From assembly GCA_965220395.1 (NCBI GenBank), contig CBDCPT010000001.1, positions 430,401-494,400 on the forward strand: DNA of 64,000 bases. Direction: 5' to 3'. Both the position numbers and the translations under genes were made by a program. The notes under the pieces were generated by a model, which saw only the letters and a list, made by a program, of their open reading frames with translations, was not told the origin of the DNA and searched no databases. Positions 36,939-46,727 of the stretch are shown one piece after another; position 1 is the stretch's first letter, and every line of letters starts with the position of its first letter. Source of the DNA: Arenicellales bacterium. Its GTDB lineage: Bacteria > Pseudomonadota > Gammaproteobacteria > Arenicellales > JAJDZL01.

Positions 36939-38612
36939 ATGGCAAGACTGATTCCCAATGTAGCTCCATCCGATATCACAAATTCGGGCGAACGGATTAC
37001 CGCTGAGGCACTCAGCGAGCAACTTTCAGATCAATCAGTCATTATTCACAGCTTTGGCTGGCTGCGAAAATTGGGACAGAACTCATATATTGAAGGTGAG
37101 TGCGATTTCGTTCTATTGGACCCAAACAATGGAATACTGTTTGTGGAAGTCAAGGGTGGAACTGTGAAGTATGACCCGACAGCAGAAACATGGGTACGTG
37201 TCCTGTCGGGCGGTCAGCAGTTCGAGATTATCCGTGATCCATTTGATCAAGTCCGGCGAAACATGCATACGATTATTGACATCATCATCGAAAAAGTCAG
37301 CTATGACTTGATGCCGTTTACATATGGATATGCTGCAATATTTCCAGACGGACGGTTTCACGGTCAGTTGCCGCCAAGCATTTCAAGGGAGCAGATTTTG
37401 GATTCAAGTGCACTAGAGAATGTCGATGCAATCTTTGCAGAGATATTCGGTAGATTCCGACGGACAACGCACCGAACAATGTCTCGGCAGGAGTTGGAAG
37501 ATATCAAATGCGCTTTGTTTCCAAGATATGAGATCCTTCCGGTACTGTGGCGAACAATTGACCATCAGGAACAGATACTTCATCGTTTGACTGAGGATCA
37601 AAAACAAGCGGTTGCAATTCTAAAAAATCAAAAATTCGCAGTCTTTTGTGGCGGTGCTGGCACTGGCAAAACCCTTCTTGCCCTTAACAAAGCTCAAGAG
37701 CTGGCACAACAAGGCAGCCGAACTCTGCTTCTTTGCTATAACCGGTTCCTCAGGGATTGGTTGATTCATGTGACACCAAAGAAGGCTACCAAGAACCTCA
37801 CTATCAATACGTATCATGAATTTGCTCTGAACTTACTGAACAACGCAGGAATCAAATTTTCTGAAATCGAAGGCGAGCGAGCAAACAAGTTCTGGAATTT
37901 CTATATTCCAGAGAAGCTGATGAACGCATGTAATCAACTTTCCGATGATCACAAATTTGACTCGCTAATCATTGATGAAGGACAGGACTTCCATAGATCG
38001 TGGTGGTACAGTCTGGAAGCTGCAATGCGTAAATCGACAGAAAACAAGTGCAGTTACATATTTCTAGACCCTCATCAGAATCTCTATGTAAAAGAATTCT
38101 CGTTGCCTGAAGCGTTTGGTGGCGACGTCTACCAGCTTGATACAAATTGCCGCAATACAATACGAATCGCCAAGCACTGTGCTACTTTGGTTGGAGCAAA
38201 ATTTAACTTCCGTCCTTACTCTCCGAAAGGAAGTCATCCGGAAATTATTCGCGTAGACACTCTTCGCAACGCTTTCGAACAAGTTGATGAAATTATTGGA
38301 GCAGTATGCCGTCCGTCCGAAAGCGGATTGAAAATGTCGCAAGTCGCAGTGCTGACTCCCGGTTCAGTCAGGGCTATCTGGCCTACAGAATTCAAACACT
38401 ATCCAGCAACCGAATTTCTTGAAGACTGGTGGGATGATTTGGGAGTGCTCATCACATCTTATCAAAAATTCAAAGGACTGGAAGCCGACGTCGGAATCAT
38501 TCTTACTGAATTTAATGCAGAAGCGACTAAGGAAGATAAAATTGAAGACTATGTTGCCTGTTCGAGGGCAAAGCACAAACTGTACGTTATAGAAATTGAC
38601 GAATTGATGTGA
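36939..38612 (+). CDS. NERD-domain nuclease fused to an SF1 UvrD-like helicase (Nhi-like architecture)
   Basis: N-terminal NERD/PD-(D/E)xK-like ECDFVLLDPNNGILFVEVKGG (nt 37098-37160). Then Walker A GGAGTGKT (nt 37650-37673), LIIDEGQDF, TNCRNT, FKGLEADVGIIL and YVACSRAKHKLYVI. Confidence 0.8.
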   Translation: MARLIPNVAPSDITNSGERITAEALSEQLSDQSVIIHSFGWLRKLGQNSYIEGECDFVLLDPNNGILFVEVKGGTVKYDPTAETWVRVLSGGQQFEIIRDPFDQVRRNMHTIIDIIIEKVSYDLMPFTYGYAAIFPDGRFHGQLPPSISREQILDSSALENVDAIFAEIFGRFRRTTHRTMSRQELEDIKCALFPRYEILPVLWRTIDHQEQILHRLTEDQKQAVAILKNQKFAVFCGGAGTGKTLLALNKAQELAQQGSRTLLLCYNRFLRDWLIHVTPKKATKNLTINTYHEFALNLLNNAGIKFSEIEGERANKFWNFYIPEKLMNACNQLSDDHKFDSLIIDEGQDFHRSWWYSLEAAMRKSTENKCSYIFLDPHQNLYVKEFSLPEAFGGDVYQLDTNCRNTIRIAKHCATLVGAKFNFRPYSPKGSHPEIIRVDTLRNAFEQVDEIIGAVCRPSESGLKMSQVAVLTPGSVRAIWPTEFKHYPATEFLEDWWDDLGVLITSYQKFKGLEADVGIILTEFNAEATKEDKIEDYVACSRAKHKLYVIEIDELM

Positions 38613-38706
38613 TAGACATCATTCACTCACTTTGAAATACCATTCGGGTTGTCTCCGACAGCGTTCTAAAGGAGTTAAGTAATCTTTTGGGAACGAGACT
38701 ACGTTC

Positions 38707-38727
38707 ATACAAAATCTGGTTTTGTAT
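38707..38727. terminator. AT-rich hairpin between convergent genes
   Basis: ATACAAAA-TCTGG-TTTTGTAT is a perfect 8-bp stem. There is no G:C content, so its terminator function is uncertain. Confidence 0.3.
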
Positions 38728-38765
38728 CTATGCAACTGCCTGTCGCGAACGATTGTACGAATGCG

Positions 38766-40679
38766 CTAGTCGTTGATGACAATTTTTTGAGTTCGAGTCA
38801 TCACAACCCAGCCGACAATCAGCAGTAACGAAACTGTTAGTGCTACCAACTCGATCAGTCGCTCATTGATCAGATATGAAAATCCGAAAGCGGTTACAGC
38901 CAAAAATCCCCATCGTTCGGACCACTTCAAATCTCGCATGAAATATCCGTAACAAACTACCGAGGATGTCCATTGCAGCAGAAGTATGAGGGAAACAGGA
39001 GCCGCGACCGTCCAGCTGACGTTCGGAAAAGACAACAACTCTGGATGATAAACAAATCCATACGGTATGATGAATGTCGTCAGCATCAGTTTCATACCGT
39101 CTTTTGCAGTGCCGAGAAATGTTCCGCCTGAAAGTTTTGCAGCGGCCAGTGCGCTGACGGCAACCGGCGGTGTCAGTGTTGAGAAAACCGCGAAATAGAA
39201 AACGAAGAAGTGTGCCAGAATCGCTTCAATTCCCCCTTGCTGCATAAACGGTACCAGGGTTAAAGACACAATGATATATGCGACCGGAGTCGGAAGTCCC
39301 ATGCCTAGAAACAGCGACACAATCATGGTGCCGAGCAGCAGCAGAAATTTGCTATCCGGCAGAATCTGTATCAGAACAATTGCCAATCTATTCGACAAGT
39401 TCGTCGTCAGGAAAGTTTGTGCAAGTGGCCCAATCGCGACCAGCAGCAATGACAAAACGGTAACGATGACAAGTCCATCAATATAGGCATCGTACATTTC
39501 TCTGAGTTTGGGACGATATTTACCCTGTAGCGTACTGAAGCCTAGTGCAAGTGCGATTCCAGCCACTCCTGCGATGGCAGGGGAATAATATCCAACCAGT
39601 AAAATCACTACAGCGGTGAACGAAATTAGAAAGGTAGGCAGCATTCTCCAGATTGCCTGGTAGTCGACCTCGTCTTTCATGCGCTCCAATTTTTCTTGTT
39701 TTGCGCATATGATGACACCGAACGTAGTGCCACTCAGAAACAGTAGTGCGGGTATCAAAGCTGCAAGTGCAACCTCGATATAGGGAACGTTGAGGAATAC
39801 GGCAATGACGAATCCTGCAAGTCCCAGAATCGGCGGCATGATTTGCCCCGAAGTGGAAGCGACAGCTTCGATTGCCCCTGCCATGTCCTTGCGATACCCG
39901 TGATTCTTCATCATCGGAATCGTCAGTCGACCAGTGAGCACGACGTTTGAAACCGCTTGTCCCATGACTGAAGCGACAATCCCGCTACCGATGATGGCAG
40001 GAAATGCAGCTCCACCTTGAACCCGGCGTCCTGTGACTTTACCGATTTCAATCACCATTTTTAACATGCCCACGCCAAGCAGAATTGCAGCAAATATCAC
40101 TAGAAAGTAGAGCTTGTCAGCCGCAAGTCGAGCCAGCCAGAACATTCCCTCGCTGACACCCAAACCGAGATAGTGAATGACAAATCCGGCATCATATTCC
40201 GGCAGTCTTAATATGGGATAAGAGATAAGGTATCCAAAGAAAAAATAGCTGATGATAATGACAATCAACGATGTGAGCAGCCAACCCCAATGCAAAAAAT
40301 TGAGCAGCATTACACCTGCAATGAACAGAATACCGATAGTGATGTCAAAAGACTCAAAAAAGGGATGAACGGAGTCCAGTCGGAGTGTGTGAATTCGAAC
40401 ATAGGCTGATCCGCCGACCGCCAGTACGCTTGCGATAATGGTAATTGCAAGCCGAATTTTCCAGAAATTTTTGAACGACTGTGAAACATATTGGTCAAGC
40501 AGTTCCTTGAACGCATGCAAAGATGCCAGACACATGACCAAGAACACGAAAGTTGCATAGAAGACCTTCGAATTGCTAATCAGTCCGAACACGGAAATTC
40601 CGATGTACGCGGTGAGTACAGTGCCCAAAGATACAAAAATCAGAATAACTGCACTTCGGATTCGTTCGGCGGAAAACAT
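38766..40679 (-). CDS. TRAP transporter fused permease (4TM/12TM, TAXI-type)
   Basis: 637-aa polytopic protein adjacent to a TAXI-type binding protein. The length and hydrophobic layout fit fused DctQ-DctM-like permeases. Confidence 0.75.
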   Translation of the reverse strand: MFSAERIRSAVILIFVSLGTVLTAYIGISVFGLISNSKVFYATFVFLVMCLASLHAFKELLDQYVSQSFKNFWKIRLAITIIASVLAVGGSAYVRIHTLRLDSVHPFFESFDITIGILFIAGVMLLNFLHWGWLLTSLIVIIISYFFFGYLISYPILRLPEYDAGFVIHYLGLGVSEGMFWLARLAADKLYFLVIFAAILLGVGMLKMVIEIGKVTGRRVQGGAAFPAIIGSGIVASVMGQAVSNVVLTGRLTIPMMKNHGYRKDMAGAIEAVASTSGQIMPPILGLAGFVIAVFLNVPYIEVALAALIPALLFLSGTTFGVIICAKQEKLERMKDEVDYQAIWRMLPTFLISFTAVVILLVGYYSPAIAGVAGIALALGFSTLQGKYRPKLREMYDAYIDGLVIVTVLSLLLVAIGPLAQTFLTTNLSNRLAIVLIQILPDSKFLLLLGTMIVSLFLGMGLPTPVAYIIVSLTLVPFMQQGGIEAILAHFFVFYFAVFSTLTPPVAVSALAAAKLSGGTFLGTAKDGMKLMLTTFIIPYGFVYHPELLSFPNVSWTVAAPVSLILLLQWTSSVVCYGYFMRDLKWSERWGFLAVTAFGFSYLINERLIELVALTVSLLLIVGWVVMTRTQKIVIND

Positions 40680-40785
40680 GAAGAATTTAGCTGGCTTGGA
40701 TCGTTAAAGCTGGACAGGCAAGATTACGCCGTCTGACTCGAATTCATGAGTCAGACGGCGTATCAGGTAATAATGGACGATAAAT

Positions 40786-41850
40786 TTACGAGCCGGGATA
40801 AGTTACAGGAACAAAGTTCTTGCGCTTTTCCCAGATACCAAGCTCTTTATAAGCTCGAATCGCACCCGGATGTGTATTCTCTTCCGACAATCCATCAACC
40901 ATCATATCTTCTGTCAATACTTCCCACAGTTTGTTGAGTGTGGCCATTTCTGCCCGGTGCTTGTGGGTTGCCATTACATAATCATATGCTTTTTTTTCCG
41001 GAAATTCCGGATGGACTGCCTTATATCCACGATTGAATCCTGAAAGGAAATCTGCGTCCTGATGAGGCAGGGTTCCAGCCTTGATGGTCAGCCCTAGCCA
41101 GGTAGTTCCGAATTTTTCATTCATCATATCGATGGCCCATTGATCCATAGGGATGTAGTAAAGCTTTTTGCCTGATGCTTCAAGCTTTCTCAACGGACCG
41201 CTCTGAATATGGAACGACTGCGATGGATCAGTACCATAGCCCGTCACGCAAACGTCTGTGGTGCCATCAATCAGCTGCTGTGTCAATCCACCTGGATTCA
41301 AGAGACGAATATCCGTGTTCGATTTATCAATTCCATATGCGTGCTTGAGGAACAGGCGTGGATACACACCCCAGTCACTTTGCCCAAGGAGTCCGACAGA
41401 AACGCGTTTGCCTTTCATGTCAGGTATGGTTTTGATCGTCGGGTCGGTTGTCACAAAAAATTTGCCTTGTGACCAGTACGCTTCGCCATGCAGCAGTTGG
41501 AACTTGATCGGAATCGGGTCCGGCAAGTATTCCTTGACATCATCCGTTCCGCCATGAAGTGCCAACTGGATGATGGTGTCTTCCGTTCCGAATACAGTAT
41601 GCCCCCAGCGCCGTTTCTCTGCCATGGCACGTACGTTGTACATGTAACCCGGCGTTTCTTGAGCGGCGATGAACAAGGTCCCTCCAGTACGGGCAACTAC
41701 GTTGCCGAAAATGGTATTTCCCTCCATGACGCCGCAACCAAACGGACAGGTCAAAATGGAAACAAAATCCTGCGCTTTCACAGTATGAACTGCAAACATG
41801 CTCGAAATAAGCAGTGTTAGCGCAAGAGACAATTTAACGAGTTTTTTCAT
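40786..41850 (-). CDS. TAXI-family TRAP transporter solute-binding protein
   Basis: Signal peptide MKKLVKLSLALTLLISSMFAVHTVKA after a GGAGGAG RBS (ATG at 41850), with a TAXI-like body (PGYMYNVRAMA..., GLLGQSDWG). Confidence 0.7.
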   Translation of the reverse strand: MKKLVKLSLALTLLISSMFAVHTVKAQDFVSILTCPFGCGVMEGNTIFGNVVARTGGTLFIAAQETPGYMYNVRAMAEKRRWGHTVFGTEDTIIQLALHGGTDDVKEYLPDPIPIKFQLLHGEAYWSQGKFFVTTDPTIKTIPDMKGKRVSVGLLGQSDWGVYPRLFLKHAYGIDKSNTDIRLLNPGGLTQQLIDGTTDVCVTGYGTDPSQSFHIQSGPLRKLEASGKKLYYIPMDQWAIDMMNEKFGTTWLGLTIKAGTLPHQDADFLSGFNRGYKAVHPEFPEKKAYDYVMATHKHRAEMATLNKLWEVLTEDMMVDGLSEENTHPGAIRAYKELGIWEKRKNFVPVTYPGS

Positions 41851-41936
41851 ATTAACTCCTCCATCAATTGTTATTAAATTGTTAAATCGGTTCAATTTGT
41901 GTTGAATTACTCAATCTTGTAATCTCAATTCTACAA

Positions 41937-42434
41937 TCAGTCATCAATTTTGACTAAAAAAAGTTGTTGATCGAATTCAACTAGTTCTCCATCTTCCGCA
42001 AATACAGAGACGACTGTACCGCTAGTGGTAGATTCTACAGTCGTATAGAGTTTCATAACTTCGATCAGACACAACGGGTCGCCTTCAGCGACTGTTGCTC
42101 CAGGTTCAACGAAAGGATTTGCTTCTGGATTCGGACGGCTATAAAACGTTCCCACCATCGGCGATCGAACTATTTCATGACCCGGCGGTGCCTGCGTGTC
42201 ATCCATGGCAACAGGTTCAGATACGACCGGTCGCGCTTCAAGTGTTGTGGCTTCACGAGAATCGGAAGAATCGGTTTTAGATACAGCTGGAGCTTGATGA
42301 GCAAATGATTGGCTGCTTGCTCCTTTCTTTCTGACAGCGAGTCGAAGTCCTTCAACTTCGATTTCAATTTCTTCCGCCTGTGACTCATCAATTGCCTTGA
42401 GAATCTCGGCGATATCGCGGTAAGTCAGTGTCAA
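41937..42434 (-). CDS. Biotin carboxyl carrier protein (stand-alone BCCP)
   Basis: C-terminal biotinyl domain with CLIEVMKLYTTVES (the biotin-lysine MK motif) and an Ala/Pro/Ser-rich linker. Confidence 0.8.
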   Translation of the reverse strand: MTLTYRDIAEILKAIDESQAEEIEIEVEGLRLAVRKKGASSQSFAHQAPAVSKTDSSDSREATTLEARPVVSEPVAMDDTQAPPGHEIVRSPMVGTFYSRPNPEANPFVEPGATVAEGDPLCLIEVMKLYTTVESTTSGTVVSVFAEDGELVEFDQQLFLVKIDD

Positions 42435-42634
42435 AGTTACTGCCTGTCCATGTTTTTCAGTAGTCCTGCCCGTTTACAACGTACAATTCAAACGGCTATG
42501 AATCACGTAGAAATAAAAGAATTTACCTCATTTATATATCAAGAATATATTAATTTCGCAATATTAGTGGCAAACGTTATTGCATAAGGCATCAGTGTAT
42601 TCACTTGGTAATTTATCGATTTATGAGCAATTGA

Positions 42635-43987
42635 ATGAAACGGGTACTAATTGCAAACCGCGGAGAAATAGCACTTCGGGTAATACAAGCCTGTAGAAAT
42701 TTAGGCATTGAAAGCGTCTCTGTGTACACAGAGGCAGATGCTCGCTCGCTGCACGTACTACAGGCTGATCATGCTATAAAAGTCGGTCCTTCCCCAGCCG
42801 CGTCGAGTTATCTGAACCAGAATGCAATGATTCACATAGCTCAGTCCATGAATTGCGACGGGATACATCCCGGGTATGGGTTTCTTTCGGAAAAATCTGA
42901 ATTTGTTGCGTTGTGCGAATCGGAAGATATCCGTTTCATCGGTCCTGTTTCCGACTCGCTGAATCGCATGGGTGACAAGGCGCAGGCTCGCTCTGAAGCT
43001 GTGAATCTTGGCATCAGCGTTGTCCCTGGTTCATCAGAATCGTTCAATGATCCTGCATCTGCACTAAAAGCGGCTAACGACATCGGGTATCCCATTCTAA
43101 TCAAGGCGCGTGGCGGCGGCGGTGGTCGCGGGATGAGAGTGGTGGAGGATTCGCGACGGTTCGTGCGAGAGTTCGTCCAGGCATCAAAGGAAGCACAAGC
43201 GGCCTTTGATGATTCAGACCTTTATTTGGAAAAATTTCTGAGTGGTATTTATCACGTTGAGGTTCAGATACTGGGAGATGAGTACGGCGATGTTGTTGCG
43301 TTCGGCGAGCGCGATTGTACCGTTCAGCGACGACATCAAAAGCTGGTCGAAGAGTCACCCTGTATGGTCATTGGCGCCGACATGCGCAGTCAACTGCATG
43401 ACTGTGCAATACGATTGGGCAGATATATCGGATATAGAGGTGCCGGTACAGTGGAATTCGTGTTGACTGAAGATCGAAAAAATTTCTACTTCATCGAGAT
43501 GAATACCAGAATTCAAGTAGAACACCCCGTAACAGAAGTTCTATTCGGAATCGACCTGATCGAGGCACAGCTGAATCTAGCAATGGGTAGTCGTGTTTCG
43601 GAGATTGCGGGCAATCGTTCATCGACAGGGCATGCAATTGAATTTCGCATCAATGCAGAAAACTGGCAGAATGGATTTCGCCCATCACCCGGAGTCATCC
43701 AATCTTGGAATTTGCCTGCCGGGTCAGGAATTCGTGTGGATACACATTGCTACCAAAAGTTTCGAATCAGCCCATACTACGACTCCATGATTGCCAAACT
43801 GATCGTTCATGGGCATGACCGACAACATGCATTGGAACGTGCACAAAGAGCTTTGCGAGACTTTGAGATAGAAGGTGTCGCCACAACAATCGGATTTCAT
43901 CGGGAATTGCTGGAACAGCAGGCTTTCAAAATGAGTAACATTTCTACGAAATGGGTTGAAAACGAATTTTTATCAGAGAACAGTTAA
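42635..43987 (+). CDS. Biotin carboxylase (ATP-grasp)
   Basis: MKRVLIANRGEIALRVIQACR, GYPILIKARGGGGGRGMRVV, HVEVQILGD and EMNTRIQVEHPVTE are canonical AccC-type motifs. Confidence 0.9.
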   Translation: MKRVLIANRGEIALRVIQACRNLGIESVSVYTEADARSLHVLQADHAIKVGPSPAASSYLNQNAMIHIAQSMNCDGIHPGYGFLSEKSEFVALCESEDIRFIGPVSDSLNRMGDKAQARSEAVNLGISVVPGSSESFNDPASALKAANDIGYPILIKARGGGGGRGMRVVEDSRRFVREFVQASKEAQAAFDDSDLYLEKFLSGIYHVEVQILGDEYGDVVAFGERDCTVQRRHQKLVEESPCMVIGADMRSQLHDCAIRLGRYIGYRGAGTVEFVLTEDRKNFYFIEMNTRIQVEHPVTEVLFGIDLIEAQLNLAMGSRVSEIAGNRSSTGHAIEFRINAENWQNGFRPSPGVIQSWNLPAGSGIRVDTHCYQKFRISPYYDSMIAKLIVHGHDRQHALERAQRALRDFEIEGVATTIGFHRELLEQQAFKMSNISTKWVENEFLSENS

Positions 43988-45443
43988 AGTGGGACGCAAC
44001 GTAAAATTAATTGATCTTACCCTGCGCGATGCTCATCAATGCTTGTGGGCGACCCGTATGACTACGGCAATGATGAAAGACATAGCGCCTTTATTGGATC
44101 GAGCTGGATTCGAGGCAATCGATCTTGTCGGTGGCGCAGTATTTGACGTTTGTGTGCGATATTTGAAAGAGGATCCATGGGAGCGCATGCGGATACTGAA
44201 CAGTTGGGTCAAAGAAACCCCTTTGATCATTCATACGCGTGGCCAGAGCCTGTTTACCTTTGAGTTTTTCGCAGACGACGTTGTAGAACTTGCAGCCGAA
44301 CGATTTGCTGCCAACGGCATGAAATATCACACGCCGTATGATGCAATTAACGATATTCGAAATCTTGAAATTCCGGTTCGTGCTGCCAAACAGCACGGTA
44401 TTCATACGGTTGGCGGTTTGGTTTACACAGAAAGCCCGGTTCACACGGACGAGTTTTATGCGCAAAAAGCAAGAGAACTGGTCAATCTGGGTGTAGACGG
44501 AGTGTACATCAAGGACCCCAGTGGACTTCTGCGTCCTGACAGGGTACCTACGTTGGTTCCAACATTGAAAAAAGCGATTGGAGACCTGCCGTTGCAGCTT
44601 CACTCACACTGTTTGTCTGGCCTGGCGCCCTATACGGCGCTTCTTGCTGTGGACTACGGAGTCGATGTGGTTCATACCGCAACTTCTACATTGGCCAACG
44701 GTGCATCTCATTCTCCGACGGAATTGTTTGTTCGCAACTGCCGACGCAGAGGCTATCAGGTAGATACAGACTTGCAGCTTATCGATGAAGTGGCAGATAA
44801 ACTAGCATATCTGGCGCAGGTCGAAGGCAAGCCTGTGGGTGAAGTTGCGGAATACGACGAATTTCATTACCATCATCAAATGCCAGGCGGCATGACTTCA
44901 AATCTTCGATATCAGTTGGCAACAATTGGACTGGAAGATCGACTTGAGGAGATTTTGGAAGAAGCCGGGCATGTTCGCGCTGATCTCGGGTACCCGATTG
45001 TAGTGAGTCCGTTCGCTCAATACATCATCACACAGTCGGTCTTGAATGTGATGGGACGCAACCAAGGCAAAAATCGATATGACTCAGTTCCGGATGAGGT
45101 TCGCTTGTACGTACGAGGTGGATACGGGAGAGTTGTCGGAGATATCAACCCCAATCTGTATGACAAGATTGCTCGCGGTGCTGAGCCGATCACCGAGCGA
45201 CCGGGAGTTCATGTGCCAATGGCATTGGACAGATTACGAAAAACAAGAGGTCCGTTTGCATCGGATGATGATCTCTTGCTTGCTGCGTTTTATGCAGACA
45301 AAGAATATTCAGAGCTGAAGAGTACCGGTCCAATTCGCGTGGATGCATCGTCGTTCGGCAGTACGCCTTTGGTTACTCTGATAAAAGAACTAGCTTCGCG
45401 TCGTTCTATTGGCGCATTCAGTCTAAAATCTGTTTCGGCTTAA
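43956..45443 (+). CDS. Carboxyltransferase subunit, pyruvate carboxylase B / oxaloacetate decarboxylase alpha (5S) type, without a BCCP domain
   Basis: TIM-barrel CT pattern LIDLTLRDAHQ...GGAVFDVCVRYLKEDPWERMR...IKDPSGLL...LHSHCLSG. An alternative GTG start at 43989 directly follows the biotin carboxylase stop. Confidence 0.7.
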   Translation: MKTNFYQRTVKVGRNVKLIDLTLRDAHQCLWATRMTTAMMKDIAPLLDRAGFEAIDLVGGAVFDVCVRYLKEDPWERMRILNSWVKETPLIIHTRGQSLFTFEFFADDVVELAAERFAANGMKYHTPYDAINDIRNLEIPVRAAKQHGIHTVGGLVYTESPVHTDEFYAQKARELVNLGVDGVYIKDPSGLLRPDRVPTLVPTLKKAIGDLPLQLHSHCLSGLAPYTALLAVDYGVDVVHTATSTLANGASHSPTELFVRNCRRRGYQVDTDLQLIDEVADKLAYLAQVEGKPVGEVAEYDEFHYHHQMPGGMTSNLRYQLATIGLEDRLEEILEEAGHVRADLGYPIVVSPFAQYIITQSVLNVMGRNQGKNRYDSVPDEVRLYVRGGYGRVVGDINPNLYDKIARGAEPITERPGVHVPMALDRLRKTRGPFASDDDLLLAAFYADKEYSELKSTGPIRVDASSFGSTPLVTLIKELASRRSIGAFSLKSVSA

Positions 45444-45469
45444 AAAAATTCAGCAATTGAGGAATTTAC

Positions 45470-46303
45470 ATGACTACACCTAGCATCATTACCGTTGCCA
45501 TAACCGGCGCAGTACCGAAGAAAGAGGACAATCCAGCGGTACCAGTGACCCCAGTGGAACAAATTGAATCCACGCACGAAGCGTACGACGCTGGAGCTGC
45601 GCTTGTACATATCCATGTTCGTAACGCAGATCAATCGCCTGGTTCAAACCCAGAAAAGTTTGCTGAGATTCAAGAAGGGGTTGTCAAACATTGCCCGGGA
45701 ATGATTGTCCAGTTTTCCACCGGAGGCAGAGGCAGGGAAGCGGGTGAGCGCGGTGCCATGTTGAATTTGCGGCCGGATATGGCTTCACTTGCAACGGGCT
45801 CAGTGAACTTTCCGACATCAATCTATGAAAATCATCCGGCGTTTGTGGAAGAACTGGCTTCAGTCATGCTGAAGTATGAGATCAAACCGGAAATTGAAAT
45901 TTTCGATGTTGCTATGCTCTATAACGCCGCATCTCTGGTAAGGAAGCAGTTGCTAGCTACACCAGCTCATGTACAGTTTGTACTGGGAATTCCAAATGCT
46001 TTGCCGGCCAGGCGGAAACTTTTAGAGTTCCTGATTTCGGAACTTGGAGAAGTTCTACCGGGTGCAACCTGGACAGCTGCGGGCATTGGGAGACATCAAT
46101 TTGAAGTGAATCAGTGGTGCCTGGAACTCGGCGGGCATTGTCGTACCGGGCTTGAAGACAATATCAAATATGATCGGGAGCGTTTGGCGAACAGCAACGC
46201 TGAACTCGTTGAAAAGATTGTTGACGTTGCGGAACGGTTTGATCGTAGGCCTGCGACACCGCAGGAAGCGAGGGAGATATTGGGGTTGAGACAAGCTGCT
46301 TGA
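45470..46303 (+). CDS. BKACE-family beta-keto acid cleavage enzyme (DUF849; 3-keto-5-aminohexanoate / dehydrocarnitine cleavage type)
   Basis: ITVAITGAVPKKEDNPAVPVTPVEQIESTHEAYDAGAALVHIHVRN is the BKACE N-terminal signature; 277 aa. Confidence 0.8.
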   Translation: MTTPSIITVAITGAVPKKEDNPAVPVTPVEQIESTHEAYDAGAALVHIHVRNADQSPGSNPEKFAEIQEGVVKHCPGMIVQFSTGGRGREAGERGAMLNLRPDMASLATGSVNFPTSIYENHPAFVEELASVMLKYEIKPEIEIFDVAMLYNAASLVRKQLLATPAHVQFVLGIPNALPARRKLLEFLISELGEVLPGATWTAAGIGRHQFEVNQWCLELGGHCRTGLEDNIKYDRERLANSNAELVEKIVDVAERFDRRPATPQEAREILGLRQAA

Positions 46304-46496
46304 TTAAAATTTCGCAAATTTAGTCAATCGAGCACCCTTAAAAATTTTCGATCTTTCTCGATTCTCGAACACCTGCAGCCTTTGTAGCGATAGCGAAATT
46401 ATCTATTGCTGGTTCCAATAGCCGATCAAAAAGATAATAGCCCTTTTCGCAACTTGCGATCGGTTTCCATAGCCGACTGCCTGGGTGTTTGTGTTT

Positions 46497-46727
46497 TCAT
46501 TTTCCCATCCTCTTTTTCTTCCGGAATAATTCCTTGTCCAGCGCTGATTGTTGAATAATCGATGCTAATGTTCCTGGCCGAACATCGTCTTTGATTCGAT
46601 GGTAAGAAAGTGTAACCCTTTGCTTTTTTCTGTTGATAGTTGCAGTATATATACGGTGACTGCCAGTCTGTCTTTTAAGAGTAAATCCATTTCGTATCAG
46701 TACATCCTCAACCTCTTTGTATTTCAC
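46497..46727 (-). CDS. hicA: HicA-family mRNA interferase toxin
   Basis: 76 aa; LIRNGFTLKRQTGSHRIY matches the HicA dsRBD-like core with the catalytic His. Confidence 0.85.
   Translation of the reverse strand: MKYKEVEDVLIRNGFTLKRQTGSHRIYTATINRKKQRVTLSYHRIKDDVRPGTLASIIQQSALDKELFRKKKRMGK

Noticed and set aside
27500-38730. Shared 8-mer ACAAAATC near both island boundaries as a possible att-like repeat
   Set aside because: It is too short and too AT-rich to be distinguished from chance, and no integrase or longer repeat accompanies it.
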